Source: Candidatus Heimdallarchaeota archaeon (lineage in GTDB: Archaea; Asgardarchaeota; Heimdallarchaeia; Heimdallarchaeales; Heimdallarchaeaceae). Taken from it: DNA of 64,000 nucleotides. The translations under genes and the position numbers were made by a program. The notes beneath the pieces were generated by a model. It saw only the letters and a list, made by a program, of their open reading frames with translations, was not told the origin of the DNA and did not search any database. This document shows, one piece after another, positions 51,488-61,256 of the stretch (position 1 is its first letter; the number at the start of each line of letters is the position of its first letter). The stretch is taken from contig JAHLWR010000003.1 in the NCBI GenBank assembly GCA_019057815.1, positions 96,001-160,000 of the forward strand. Reading direction: 5' to 3'.

Positions 51488-52492
51488 GTGCCTTATAATA
51501 ATGCGTCATCAGATGTGAAAGGTAAAGCTCTTGATGTTCAGCTTTATATTGCTCAATGCGCTGTTCTAGCACATAATCTATTATATGTAACAGAACCTAA
51601 ACCTGGTGGAGCATCTTTTCATAAAAGTTTTACTGATACAAAAACTGAACATTTTTTAGCAGGTGGGAGCAGCTTGTTTGGTCCTATTTTTGAACTTTCT
51701 AAGAGAGGGATTTTAGTAGCTCAAAACCATCTATGGTACGATGATTCTGAGATAGGTTTGTTCATCACTAAAGCTCTAGACGGTGCAAAGAGATGGTACC
51801 AACCAATCGGTAATACAATTCTAGGGACAATTCTAATGTTTTCTCCCATTACAGTAAGCGTTGCACATTATTTTGCTAATGAAGGGATGAAAACTAACGT
51901 AAAACTAGATTTAGATGTTGTTGTAGCTTTGAGTGAAAGGTTCTTAAAAAATTCAACCACTGATGATTGTATACATCTTACTCAAGCTTTAACTAAAAAC
52001 GTATCTAACGACATTCTACCTTCAGATAAGGATGAAGATGATTTTTCCTCTTTTATTAGGATATATAAGCATCAAAGAACTAATTTGTACGATTTTACAA
52101 AATTCTATGAAGAAAGAGATTTAGTCTTTTATGAGATGAGTCATAATTATAAGACGACTATTGCAACTGGATTCAAAACACTAACTAAGGTCTATGAGGA
52201 AGAGCATGATTTAATGAAAGCAATTTCACACACTTATTTAACGTTGCTTGCAGAAAGGAAAGATACTCATATTGCAAAAAGATTTGGAAATGAAATCGCA
52301 AGCGAAATCCAGCAAATGGCGAAAAACATCGTGAAAGCCGGTGGAATATTCACTGTTGACGGTATGAAAATGATTGATGAACTTGATGATTACTTAAGAA
52401 ACTCGAGACCTAAAAAAATAAATCCTGGATCGATTGCAGATATAACAACTACAACTATACTTCTAGCATTATTAGATGGATACAGACCTTAG
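51488..52492 (+). CDS. CitG-like triphosphoribosyl-dephospho-CoA synthase family protein
   Basis: PKPG, NTILG, DTHIAKRFG, INPGSIAD. Confidence 0.85.
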   Translation: MPYNNASSDVKGKALDVQLYIAQCAVLAHNLLYVTEPKPGGASFHKSFTDTKTEHFLAGGSSLFGPIFELSKRGILVAQNHLWYDDSEIGLFITKALDGAKRWYQPIGNTILGTILMFSPITVSVAHYFANEGMKTNVKLDLDVVVALSERFLKNSTTDDCIHLTQALTKNVSNDILPSDKDEDDFSSFIRIYKHQRTNLYDFTKFYEERDLVFYEMSHNYKTTIATGFKTLTKVYEEEHDLMKAISHTYLTLLAERKDTHIAKRFGNEIASEIQQMAKNIVKAGGIFTVDGMKMIDELDDYLRNSRPKKINPGSIADITTTTILLALLDGYRP

Positions 52493-53511
52493 GAACGTAA
52501 CGTAAATATTTTTGATAATTCTTCAAAAGAATCAGCTGCGGATTTGTGTTCTTCAAAATCAAGAAATAATGTTCTATTTGGAAGTTTGAATATTATGCTA
52601 GCATTATTAGTCGTCATAATAAATTGAGAAAATAACTTAGTATTATACAAATATGAAAATCCTTCTTCTCCTGCCTTGAAAGAATCGCATAGAATTTTAT
52701 GTTTGTGTTTTTCTTTATCTTTCTTTAGGGATTCTAAAGAGCGTCTGGAATAGATTTCTATGTCTGTTGGGTTAAACCTTTCAAAGAAAGTATCCTTTAG
52801 TTGCTGGTTTGACTTTGTTTTAAATTCCTTGAAAGTGGAAACGTTGAAATCTTCTATTTTTATAGCTATTACAATAAAAACGTAGGGTAGACTAATTGTC
52901 AGTATTAGTGAACCTTCAAGAGATAGATGATATGCTATTCCCAATTTAGAATTCCATAAAGAGGCAGTTATTTTTCGTAGACACTTACTAAATAAGTGAA
53001 ATATGGCGAAACTGTCAAAATTATAGTTTTGTTCATGGGCTTGTACTACCAAAGTTTCTAAAGAATCTGAATAAATACCAAAAGCCTTTGATATTTTACT
53101 CTTTTCAAAAAATAATTCATTTGCTATATAGATCCCACATCGATCTAGTATTTTTCTGCATATACATTGAAAACCTCTGAAAACACTGACTTGACCTCGA
53201 AAGGCTACAAGTTGTTCTCTGTAGAGAGAGAGAAATTCATTGGAAATTTTTGTAATAAGATATTCTGCATACTCATAAGGCATATTATCTGAAATTTGAA
53301 AAATAAATACTAAATCCTCAGCTAATGACAAAATAAATTGACTTTCTTCGAGAATTACTCTTGAAATTTTCTCCTTTTCAGTTTCTTCTGCAAAACGTAA
53401 AAATCCTGCTAATAACCCCGAAACTAGAACTTCATCTCCTCTGGTATAATCTTCAAAATCAAAAAGTGGAATACCATCAGCTGTTATTATAAGGATTCGT
53501 TTGATCAACAT
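52489..53511 (-). CDS. Multi-longin/roadblock-domain protein
   Basis: N-terminal longin (ILIITADGIPLF...LVSGLLAGFLRFAEE...F.G.VSVF), followed by two further alpha/beta units of about 100 aa. Confidence 0.75.
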   Translation of the reverse strand: MLIKRILIITADGIPLFDFEDYTRGDEVLVSGLLAGFLRFAEETEKEKISRVILEESQFILSLAEDLVFIFQISDNMPYEYAEYLITKISNEFLSLYREQLVAFRGQVSVFRGFQCICRKILDRCGIYIANELFFEKSKISKAFGIYSDSLETLVVQAHEQNYNFDSFAIFHLFSKCLRKITASLWNSKLGIAYHLSLEGSLILTISLPYVFIVIAIKIEDFNVSTFKEFKTKSNQQLKDTFFERFNPTDIEIYSRRSLESLKKDKEKHKHKILCDSFKAGEEGFSYLYNTKLFSQFIMTTNNASIIFKLPNRTLFLDFEEHKSAADSFEELSKIFTLRS

Positions 53512-54405
53512 CTAATTCTCCCCCTCTAATTTTAAACTGTGGAGAGTGTATCGTATATCTGTTAAACCTGGAGGTCTCCCAATTATCTTTTGATTTGCAA
53601 GAATAGATTGTATCTTTACTTCAAGATCTTTGATTGAAGTAAAAGAATAAGGTTCTTTGAAAAAGACATATTCATGATGGTATAATGATAATAGATATTG
53701 ATTCAAGATTGCGTGATTTAAACAAATGTAGAAGTTTGATTCTCCAATTTGAACTCTGTTGTTCTTTTTATGTGTAAGATAATCCAATTTTCTGGAAGCG
53801 ATAAGAATTAAACGATTCAAGTAATTCGAATTAGATTCTGTAAAAATTTCATGGGTACCAAAAATGATAAATTTACCTCTCCTCTTTCTTGCTACAAGAA
53901 TAACGGGTTTACTATCCATTAGAGCAAGAGGTGTATAACTCTTAATCCCGCTTTCTTTCATAAAATGATGTTCAGATTTGTAATCAATTACACGTGATTT
54001 ATTTATTAAAAGTTTAGAGCCGAGTAATCGTGTTTCGTATGGGATTCTAGGGAGTCCATAAACGAATTGTTCAGAGAGATTTATTCCAAGTTCCCATCTC
54101 AATGCTTCAAACCATCGACCTAATTCAAGTGATGCTTGAGGTCGTGGAAGAGTTAAAATCAAACACCCTCCTATATCAATATAAGAAATTAGCTCCAGAT
54201 ACAAATCTTGAGAAATTTTCTTTCGAGGGAGAGTAATAAATAGAATGTGGGATTTTTCTAAGATGGATCTTTCTAATCCAGTACCATAAAACCGTTTCTT
54301 AATGATTTTGAATTTTACTTGAGCTACATCTTGATTAATGAGACTTATTATTTCCTTTGCTTTGATTTCTTCATCGAGTGACATATCTACTGTGCAAAGT
54401 CTCAT
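53512..54405 (-). CDS. Cytoplasmic GIFT (IFT52/GldG)/GATase-like domain protein
   Basis: ILFITLP.K.IS......L.SYI..GG.LIL...LGI and GKFIIFG..IF..SN patterns; no signal peptide. Confidence 0.55.
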   Translation of the reverse strand: MRLCTVDMSLDEEIKAKEIISLINQDVAQVKFKIIKKRFYGTGLERSILEKSHILFITLPRKKISQDLYLELISYIDIGGCLILTLPRPQASLELGRWFEALRWELGINLSEQFVYGLPRIPYETRLLGSKLLINKSRVIDYKSEHHFMKESGIKSYTPLALMDSKPVILVARKRRGKFIIFGTHEIFTESNSNYLNRLILIASRKLDYLTHKKNNRVQIGESNFYICLNHAILNQYLLSLYHHEYVFFKEPYSFTSIKDLEVKIQSILANQKIIGRPPGLTDIRYTLHSLKLEGEN

Positions 54406-54451
54406 TGAATAATTGTATAAACATCCGAATATAAATTTATTTGGAGTTAAG

Positions 54452-55540
54452 TTATTGTTTAGTTTTTTTAATCTGCTCTGTATCTTTCAAACTTTTCCTA
54501 AGAGTTCTTCGTAATTTTCTAGCAGCTGTATTTTCAGGATGATGAACTAGGGACTTACTTACTTCATTATAAGCTTCTTCATAATTTTCTTTGGCTTTGA
54601 AACATATAGCTCGAAGAAGATGAGCTCTGGAGTTCAAATGAGGAGTGCTAGTATGATGTTGAGTTGTATATTCAATTATCTTTGCAGTAGTAGCTAATGT
54701 ATTATCAAAATCATGCTTTTTTACGTACATTCCAGCTAGTTTAGATAAGATACCAATGTTATAAGAGTCTACTTCTCGTAAATATCTCTCTAAAAGTTCA
54801 ATTCCTTTCTCTTCTAAATCAATAACTGTATAATAATTAACTGCTTTAATTATCAGATTCGCTTTTAAAACACCGTCAAAATTCATTGTCTGATAGTAGA
54901 CTAATAAAAATGTTCCTATTCCTAAAAGAAGAGCTACAACTTGTGATGATATAAGTAAAGCATCTTTGGATACAAGAGCAGAATTGATAGGGAGAAATAT
55001 TACTGCAATGCTGATAATAGATGTTATTGAGATCCAAATCCAAAAACTTCTTCCAAAAAGTATTTGAAATTGATTCTTTTTAGCTATTTTTTCATCTTCT
55101 CCTTCAAGTAAGGGGAAAATTCGAAGAGTATCTGTTACTGTGATGTTACCAGCAAATTCTAGAAACTCTAGAGTTATTAAAGCAGCGCAATTAAATAACA
55201 AAATAGTCCTTGCTTCAGTATTAGGTTCAATGTATCTAGATAAGAAAAGAATATTTTGGATAATTATTGAAAATAGATTATAATTTCTTAATGTTTTAAT
55301 AACTGATAAATAAATGGACTTAGTATATTGGACTTGTTTAGGTAATGGTCTTACACGAAGTCTTGAGATTCCCCAACCAATTATTAATAAAATTAATGCT
55401 GGAAAGGTTATCCAAGCTAAAGTATCTGGAGAACGAACATCAGAAAAGGACAATATGATAGCTATTGTTCCTAAAATTAAAACAACCAAATCTTCATTAG
55501 AGACTGTCATATCGTAATCAGTTTGAAACATTCCAATCAC
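54452..55540 (-). CDS. Multi-pass membrane protein with C-terminal TPR repeats
   Basis: About 6 TM segments, then TPR-like ILSKLAGMY and AHLLRAICF...YEEA...SLVHHPENTAA. Confidence 0.75.
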   Translation of the reverse strand: MIGMFQTDYDMTVSNEDLVVLILGTIAIILSFSDVRSPDTLAWITFPALILLIIGWGISRLRVRPLPKQVQYTKSIYLSVIKTLRNYNLFSIIIQNILFLSRYIEPNTEARTILLFNCAALITLEFLEFAGNITVTDTLRIFPLLEGEDEKIAKKNQFQILFGRSFWIWISITSIISIAVIFLPINSALVSKDALLISSQVVALLLGIGTFLLVYYQTMNFDGVLKANLIIKAVNYYTVIDLEEKGIELLERYLREVDSYNIGILSKLAGMYVKKHDFDNTLATTAKIIEYTTQHHTSTPHLNSRAHLLRAICFKAKENYEEAYNEVSKSLVHHPENTAARKLRRTLRKSLKDTEQIKKTKQ

Positions 55541-55637
55541 TGTTGCTAATTATTTCAAGTTTTCAGATATTGATAAACATAACGGAAGGATTATTTAAGA
55601 AGAGGATAAGTTTTTATTTGTCCTTGAGTATTTTCTT

Positions 55638-56015
55638 TTGATGTTTTCCAAAAAGAACGATAATCATAAAGCGATTATGTTGAAAGAAGATATACAACAA
55701 AATGTTGCTCTAAAACAGGCAGAAACTCTGAGTCTTATAGAAATTGACGACCCAAGCAATCTTGTATGTTATCACAAAGTTTGTCATAAACCTCCTTCTT
55801 ATTTAATTGGTGCGCTTATACCTGGCATTTGGATAAAGAACAGTGGAGATAATAAATTAATACCATTCATTTATGTTTCTTGCATTGAACACAGGTTAAA
55901 ACTCATTGATGCTTTACCTAGAAAGACATTAACTGTAATCTTGCAAGATATATCAGGAGATTCATATAAATTGATCAAGAATATACTTGAAAATACTGCA
56001 AAAGAAATTCTGTAG
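55638..56015 (+). CDS. Hypothetical protein with putative Cys3His zinc finger
   Basis: CYHKVC...SCIEH. Confidence 0.6.
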   Translation: MMFSKKNDNHKAIMLKEDIQQNVALKQAETLSLIEIDDPSNLVCYHKVCHKPPSYLIGALIPGIWIKNSGDNKLIPFIYVSCIEHRLKLIDALPRKTLTVILQDISGDSYKLIKNILENTAKEIL

Positions 56016-56020
56016 TATGT

Positions 56021-58642
56021 TTATTTTTTTATTCTTTTCTTTTTGACTGGTTGTTCAACATATTTTGTGATGTTGAGTGCTATTTTCTCTAATTCTTTTT
56101 GTTCTAGAACTCTAGCCAGTCGCTTTATTGCTTCCAAATGATGTACTACTGAATCAAGGTAAGAATAGATATCTCCTGGATACAATTGAATATTAAAGTC
56201 TTTTCTAATTGCGTCACTTATCATAGTTGGGGAATAACCCTTCATCCTATAGTCTATGAGTATCTTTGAGAAGTTTATTTCCCCACAGTCACAAAAAGGC
56301 ATGTCTAAACATTTACAATTGAAGATATGCTTGGACCAAATAGCAAAAGTTTCCATAATTAATTTTGTGGGAGATTTAGATCCCCAACCATTACCTAAAT
56401 AAAGATCTCCAATAGCTCCTGAAAATATGTTTGTTGATATTCGTGTTTTCAAAACCCTTTCAATTTCTCCTTGGATTTTTGGAGATAAGTGAGCTGATCT
56501 AAAAGTCTGAATTTTAACAGCTAATGTTAAAGCAAAATCATCGGAGTAACCTTTTCTTATTTGTCTTTTAATTTCTTGCACTAATCTCAAGGCGTAAGAT
56601 GGGGCTAGAAATGATTGTGAAACAGCTTTACCTAAGTTGGTAGCATAGATATTCTTATTTTCAACATATATCATTTTCATTTTCTTTAAAACTCTCATCA
56701 CATCGCTAATAGGAGATGATTTACCTATAAAATTAGCAAAAACTTTCTTATCTCTTGAAATATTGAATATTTTGTGTGAAACAACCGTAGCCAATACTTC
56801 TTCCTCCTCTTGTAAAGTATCAAGTTCTGGGTTTACATCTTCGATTGGCTTTGTTAACAAATCAAATGCTATTTGCTCTTCAGTAGCATCTTGTCCAACG
56901 AATATTTTCCTTCCAGGTTCGACAAGCAAATACACTTTACCCTTGTCATGATAACCTAATCTTCCAGCTCTTCCAAGAATTTGATGAAATTCCGTTACTG
57001 TAAGCCATGATATACCCATAGCAAGATTCTCAAAAATAACTAATGAAGCTGGAAAATCTACACCTACACCTAGAGCTATTGTAGTTGCTACTGTAGAAAT
57101 CATTCCTTTTTCAAATCCTCTTTCAACTTTTTTTCTCTTATTGAAAGTTAATCCAGCATGATAATAGGACGCCTTTACTCCTTCACTTTTTAGTTTCTTG
57201 GCAAGTTTCTCGCAGTTTCTTCTAGAATTTGTAAAAACTAATGTTTGACCTTTAAAACCAGTACTAGAAACTATTTTTTCTTCTGCTTTGCATAAATCTA
57301 CTAAATATCTTATTCTCTGATCTTCAGTATCAGTAAGAATAGTGTGAAGTTCTAATGGTACTGGTCGACCGAGGTATTTTACACATGTTGCAGATAATTG
57401 CTTTGCTAGCTCGTCAGGATTACCTACAGTTGCAGATAAGTAAATGAATTGAGCTTTAGGAAAGTGAGATTTTAGTCGAGCTATCAGACCATTTAAACGA
57501 AAGCCTCTACCCTCTGACATCAGCATTTGAATTTCATCAATAACTATTGTTCCTATGTTCCCTAATTCGCTAGATTTTTCACTTCTTAAAAGAAAATCAA
57601 AAGCTTCATAGGTTGCTACAACAAAACCAGCTTCTTTGTAATCATTGTCAATAATGGGATTAAATTCTCCCTCAACTTCAATACGACTCATTCCAACGCG
57701 AATTGCGGTTTTAATATTCAATTTCCTGTATCTCTTTCTAAACTGTTCATATTTCTGATTGGTGAGAGCAACTAAAGGAGAGAGATAAATTACTTTTTGA
57801 CCATTTAGAGCTTTTTTGATTCCTGCTAATTCCCCTACAAGAGTTTTTCCTGATGTGGTTCCACCCACAATTAATAAAGGTTCATCGTCAAATAATCCAC
57901 TTTTGATTGCTTTTTCTTGTATGGGGAGCAAAGTTTTGAAACCTTCTGAGATAAGCAAATGTTTCATTCTCTTTGGAAGACCTTTAATGTCTGAAATATT
58001 CACTTGTGTTTTTTGTTTCTTCGCAGGTATAATATCATAAAGCGTTGATTCGGGATTCTTTACAGGATCTAGTTCTAAACCCAATGTGATTGAGTCTAAT
58101 ACATCATCAAGATTTTGAGTTCTTTGAGCTTGTTTTTGGTAAAATTTTGTTAAACCAGTAGATACAACTAGATTCTGTTTCTGCAATTCACTTTGTAATT
58201 CTTTTTTACTACAAAACTCGCAAATACGGAAATTCTTATACTTTACAGATTGATCATCAAGAGAAGTCCAAGTATTCCGATGCATCAAACAATACCAACA
58301 CACTTTTGCGACTTTGGGTTTGGAAATTTTGAAGGTTTTACAATATTCTATGAAACTTTTATAATTCCAAGGTAAATCTGTATCTGAAACAAGAAGATAT
58401 TTTGCTTCACGCAAGTGCTCTGTAGCGACTTTAGGTCGAATGTAAACGCTTGAGCTTAATCCTAATCTTGAGTAACGGGATACTCTTAGATAGTCTTTTT
58501 CATATACAAATTGAAGTCGCATCTTAACTAAGGGATTTTTGCTATCTCTTTTTGTATCTATATAAAAATAAACTATATCAGTTGATAATTTAGATTTGTT
58601 CCAATTCAATAAAAAGGCAACGTAAGGTTTACGTAGTTTCAT
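56021..58642 (-). CDS. Archaea-specific Ski2-like SF2 helicase (ASH-Ski2/DUF5814 type)
   Basis: N-terminal CxxC..CxxC; TTSGKTLVGELAG, DEIQ, LSAT, QILGRAGR; C-terminal CKC...PFCDC and YPGDI. Confidence 0.92.
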   Translation of the reverse strand: MKLRKPYVAFLLNWNKSKLSTDIVYFYIDTKRDSKNPLVKMRLQFVYEKDYLRVSRYSRLGLSSSVYIRPKVATEHLREAKYLLVSDTDLPWNYKSFIEYCKTFKISKPKVAKVCWYCLMHRNTWTSLDDQSVKYKNFRICEFCSKKELQSELQKQNLVVSTGLTKFYQKQAQRTQNLDDVLDSITLGLELDPVKNPESTLYDIIPAKKQKTQVNISDIKGLPKRMKHLLISEGFKTLLPIQEKAIKSGLFDDEPLLIVGGTTSGKTLVGELAGIKKALNGQKVIYLSPLVALTNQKYEQFRKRYRKLNIKTAIRVGMSRIEVEGEFNPIIDNDYKEAGFVVATYEAFDFLLRSEKSSELGNIGTIVIDEIQMLMSEGRGFRLNGLIARLKSHFPKAQFIYLSATVGNPDELAKQLSATCVKYLGRPVPLELHTILTDTEDQRIRYLVDLCKAEEKIVSSTGFKGQTLVFTNSRRNCEKLAKKLKSEGVKASYYHAGLTFNKRKKVERGFEKGMISTVATTIALGVGVDFPASLVIFENLAMGISWLTVTEFHQILGRAGRLGYHDKGKVYLLVEPGRKIFVGQDATEEQIAFDLLTKPIEDVNPELDTLQEEEEVLATVVSHKIFNISRDKKVFANFIGKSSPISDVMRVLKKMKMIYVENKNIYATNLGKAVSQSFLAPSYALRLVQEIKRQIRKGYSDDFALTLAVKIQTFRSAHLSPKIQGEIERVLKTRISTNIFSGAIGDLYLGNGWGSKSPTKLIMETFAIWSKHIFNCKCLDMPFCDCGEINFSKILIDYRMKGYSPTMISDAIRKDFNIQLYPGDIYSYLDSVVHHLEAIKRLARVLEQKELEKIALNITKYVEQPVKKKRIKK

Positions 58643-58691
58643 TACTAACACCCTATGGGATTACTTGATTTGATTTGTATTAATTAGGTGC

Positions 58692-59246
58692 TTATTTTTT
58701 GGGTTCTTGCATGTTGTGACCGCAACTATTACAGAATTTAGTTGTTACAGAAACTTTTGTTTCACAATCAGGACATGAGATTATAAGAGGTTTCCCACAT
58801 AGTTTGCAAAAATTAAGAGCTGGAACTTCTTCAAAGCAATGAGGGCAGACTATCAGTTCAATGCCTTTCGTTTTTGGAGTCTTCTTTTTTGTTTCAGAAG
58901 GAACCTTCAACCATTGGGGTTTTGATGGTTGGTAACTGTTTGCTTGTGTATTAACTGAAGACCCAGCTTTCTCAATTGGTGTTGTTGGACTGATAGGTAT
59001 AGGTTTAGCTTCTTGGAAAGGTTGAATTGTTACGCTTGAAGGAACTGAGATATAGTTCATTGCTGAAGGATCAATTTCAAAAATATACTTCAAAATATTT
59101 GATTCTTCTGGAACAGTAATCTTATTTTTTTGCTGTAGTAGAAGAGCAAGAGTAAGAAAATCCTTCGCATCTTGCTGATCAGAGCCACACATAGAGCAAA
59201 TCTTGGATTCTTCGGGAATCTCTTCCCAACAGGCTAAACACTTCAT
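58692..59246 (-). CDS. Double zinc-ribbon protein with Pro/Ser-rich linker
   Basis: CxxC pairs at the N-terminus (2) and C-terminus (4). Confidence 0.8.
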   Translation of the reverse strand: MKCLACWEEIPEESKICSMCGSDQQDAKDFLTLALLLQQKNKITVPEESNILKYIFEIDPSAMNYISVPSSVTIQPFQEAKPIPISPTTPIEKAGSSVNTQANSYQPSKPQWLKVPSETKKKTPKTKGIELIVCPHCFEEVPALNFCKLCGKPLIISCPDCETKVSVTTKFCNSCGHNMQEPKK

Positions 59247-59453
59247 ACTTACACCTTTCGTTTATTAGTAATTATCTAGACTTTTGCACTCATCTAGAAG
59301 ATAATCTCTGTTTTAATTCGTTCTTAAGCTATTATAAAACTTACTTTCATGTAATTTGTCTGAATGATGGTGAAAGTAAGAAGAAAAACTATTGATTTCC
59401 ACAAGCAAATTTAAAAATATATGACTGATTGGTACAACATAAAGTGAAATAAT

Positions 59454-59846
59454 ATGGCGAAAAAGGTTAAGAAAATTAAGTGCAAGAAATGTGGAACTGA
59501 ATGGCTACCCTTGGAAGTACCAACAAATAAGGAATGGACAAAAGTGGCACCGATGCCTGATTCAAAAGGTAATGTGACAATAACCCTTATGGCTACTTGG
59601 AATTGCCCTGGATGTGGGAAAAGCAAAATGGGTGCAAAAAGTAAAACTAAGGGTGAATTCAAAGAAGAAGATACTAAAAAGTACAAAGTTAAAAGCGCTA
59701 TTCTATCTGGTGATAAAATCGATCTACCTAAGCTTGCAGAAGAATCAGGCGTTTCTGTAGAAAATTTGCGCAAAATTATTCCTCTGTACCAGAAGAAGCA
59801 CAATGTCAAAGGGAAGATTAAAGGAAATTACTATATCCCAGAATAA
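59454..59846 (+). CDS. Cren7-like zinc-ribbon domain fused to a winged helix
   Basis: CKKCG...K.W..VAPMPDSKG.VTIT.M....CP.CG, then IDLPKLAEESGVS.E.L...VKGKI. Confidence 0.65.
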   Translation: MAKKVKKIKCKKCGTEWLPLEVPTNKEWTKVAPMPDSKGNVTITLMATWNCPGCGKSKMGAKSKTKGEFKEEDTKKYKVKSAILSGDKIDLPKLAEESGVSVENLRKIIPLYQKKHNVKGKIKGNYYIPE

Positions 59847-59912
59847 ACACTCTTGCAAAAACTTTTAAATCAGAATTTAAATCTCCAAAACAGACGAAAA
59901 GAAGTGAAAATA

Positions 59913-60137
59913 ATGGCAGTTACTGGTTATGCTGGAATCTTTGCAGGTGGATGGTTAACATTTATGCTTGTTATATTCACAATATTGACAATTGCTTCAA
60001 TCATCTGGTTAATATTGTACGTTGAAATGTCTCAAAACAAAACCTGGAAAATGACACTTTCTATTGCTATAATTACTGCAATATCAACAGCCATGGAAAT
60101 TCAATTAATTCTGATTAAGAGTAATGTAATCTTTTGA
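59913..60137 (+). CDS. Ost5/TMEM258-like two-TM protein
   Basis: 74 aa, two TM segments; Y near the N-terminus, W...Y.E after TM1, hydrophobic C-terminal end. Confidence 0.55.
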   Translation: MAVTGYAGIFAGGWLTFMLVIFTILTIASIIWLILYVEMSQNKTWKMTLSIAIITAISTAMEIQLILIKSNVIF

Positions 60138-60317
60138 TTTCTTCTCCTCTTTTCATTACCATTTTAACTAATTCTGATTTGTTTTCTTTTTGCTAGATTT
60201 AATGATGATTTGGAAGTTATCAGTAAGTGTGATTACGAAAAAATTAAAGAAGAGGGAAACTCATACACCATAAATACTAGCAATCTATGAGCTAATAATT
60301 CCTTTAGTGTGATATAT

Positions 60318-61169
60318 ATGCCCACCACATTCTATATTGACTACATACCTAATAAAGACTTACAGGCTGAAGTACGACGTCTTGGTCATAAAGGAACCGA
60401 TAAGACAAAACATGTTGCTCAAATGATTGTTACAAAAGCAATTAAAAGTAATAAGTTTTCACAATTGAAGATACGAAGCTTATGGAATACAGCAATGAAA
60501 AATATGTTCTTCAATAATTACTTACGAATGTTCATTTATATTCCAGCTCAACAGTTTGAAACTTCCAAAAAAATCAAAGCATTATTGCAAAGAGAAGTTA
60601 AACCAATTATTGAAGAACTGGAATTGACTGAACCTCAATTCTATATCTCAACAATTACCAAAAAACCCAAACATTTTCTTGTAGCCTTAACATTCGAAAA
60701 AGTTGATAATTTTTCTTCATTCCTAAAAGTTCCACTAGAAAAACAACTGATTCTGACATTTCTACCAGAATTTGGTGTTGCTACTTACTGGCCTATGGAT
60801 AAAGATCAAAAATTGAAATTTGTTATGAAATTATTGCTTTCTACTTTTCAAAAGACATCAGAAATTAAGGTTAATTCTCTACTTTTACGAAAGTACTCTA
60901 CTCAAGAATCAATAAACAAATTGACTATATCAACACCTCAAGAAATTGCAGGTTTTCCTGGATTAGATGTAATAGAATTCAAAGGTGAAGACGTAGTACT
61001 AGGGTTATCTGGTTTAAAGCGAAGACATGATGCTAATGTTGATGTAATTACAAGAGTAGGACCATTCACCGAGATTGAATCTCAATCAATTACGTTAACT
61101 TGTGGAAAAGGAGTCAAGCTGAAAAACTACAATGGGCTTGAATCACTACTTAAAGTGATTAGAACTTAA
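60318..61169 (+). CDS. Hypothetical protein, CENP-N/Chl4-like (TBP/RdgC-related fold)
   Basis: Co-linear motif similarity to CENP-N, including C-terminal IEFKGEDVVLGLSGL. Confidence 0.5.
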   Translation: MPTTFYIDYIPNKDLQAEVRRLGHKGTDKTKHVAQMIVTKAIKSNKFSQLKIRSLWNTAMKNMFFNNYLRMFIYIPAQQFETSKKIKALLQREVKPIIEELELTEPQFYISTITKKPKHFLVALTFEKVDNFSSFLKVPLEKQLILTFLPEFGVATYWPMDKDQKLKFVMKLLLSTFQKTSEIKVNSLLLRKYSTQESINKLTISTPQEIAGFPGLDVIEFKGEDVVLGLSGLKRRHDANVDVITRVGPFTEIESQSITLTCGKGVKLKNYNGLESLLKVIRT

Positions 61170-61256
61170 TTGAACTTAATTATGTTGTAGAGAAACAATT
61201 ATAAAAAAATATCTTTTTTCTATTAATGAATATGAAGAGATTAGAGGTTGAAGCTA

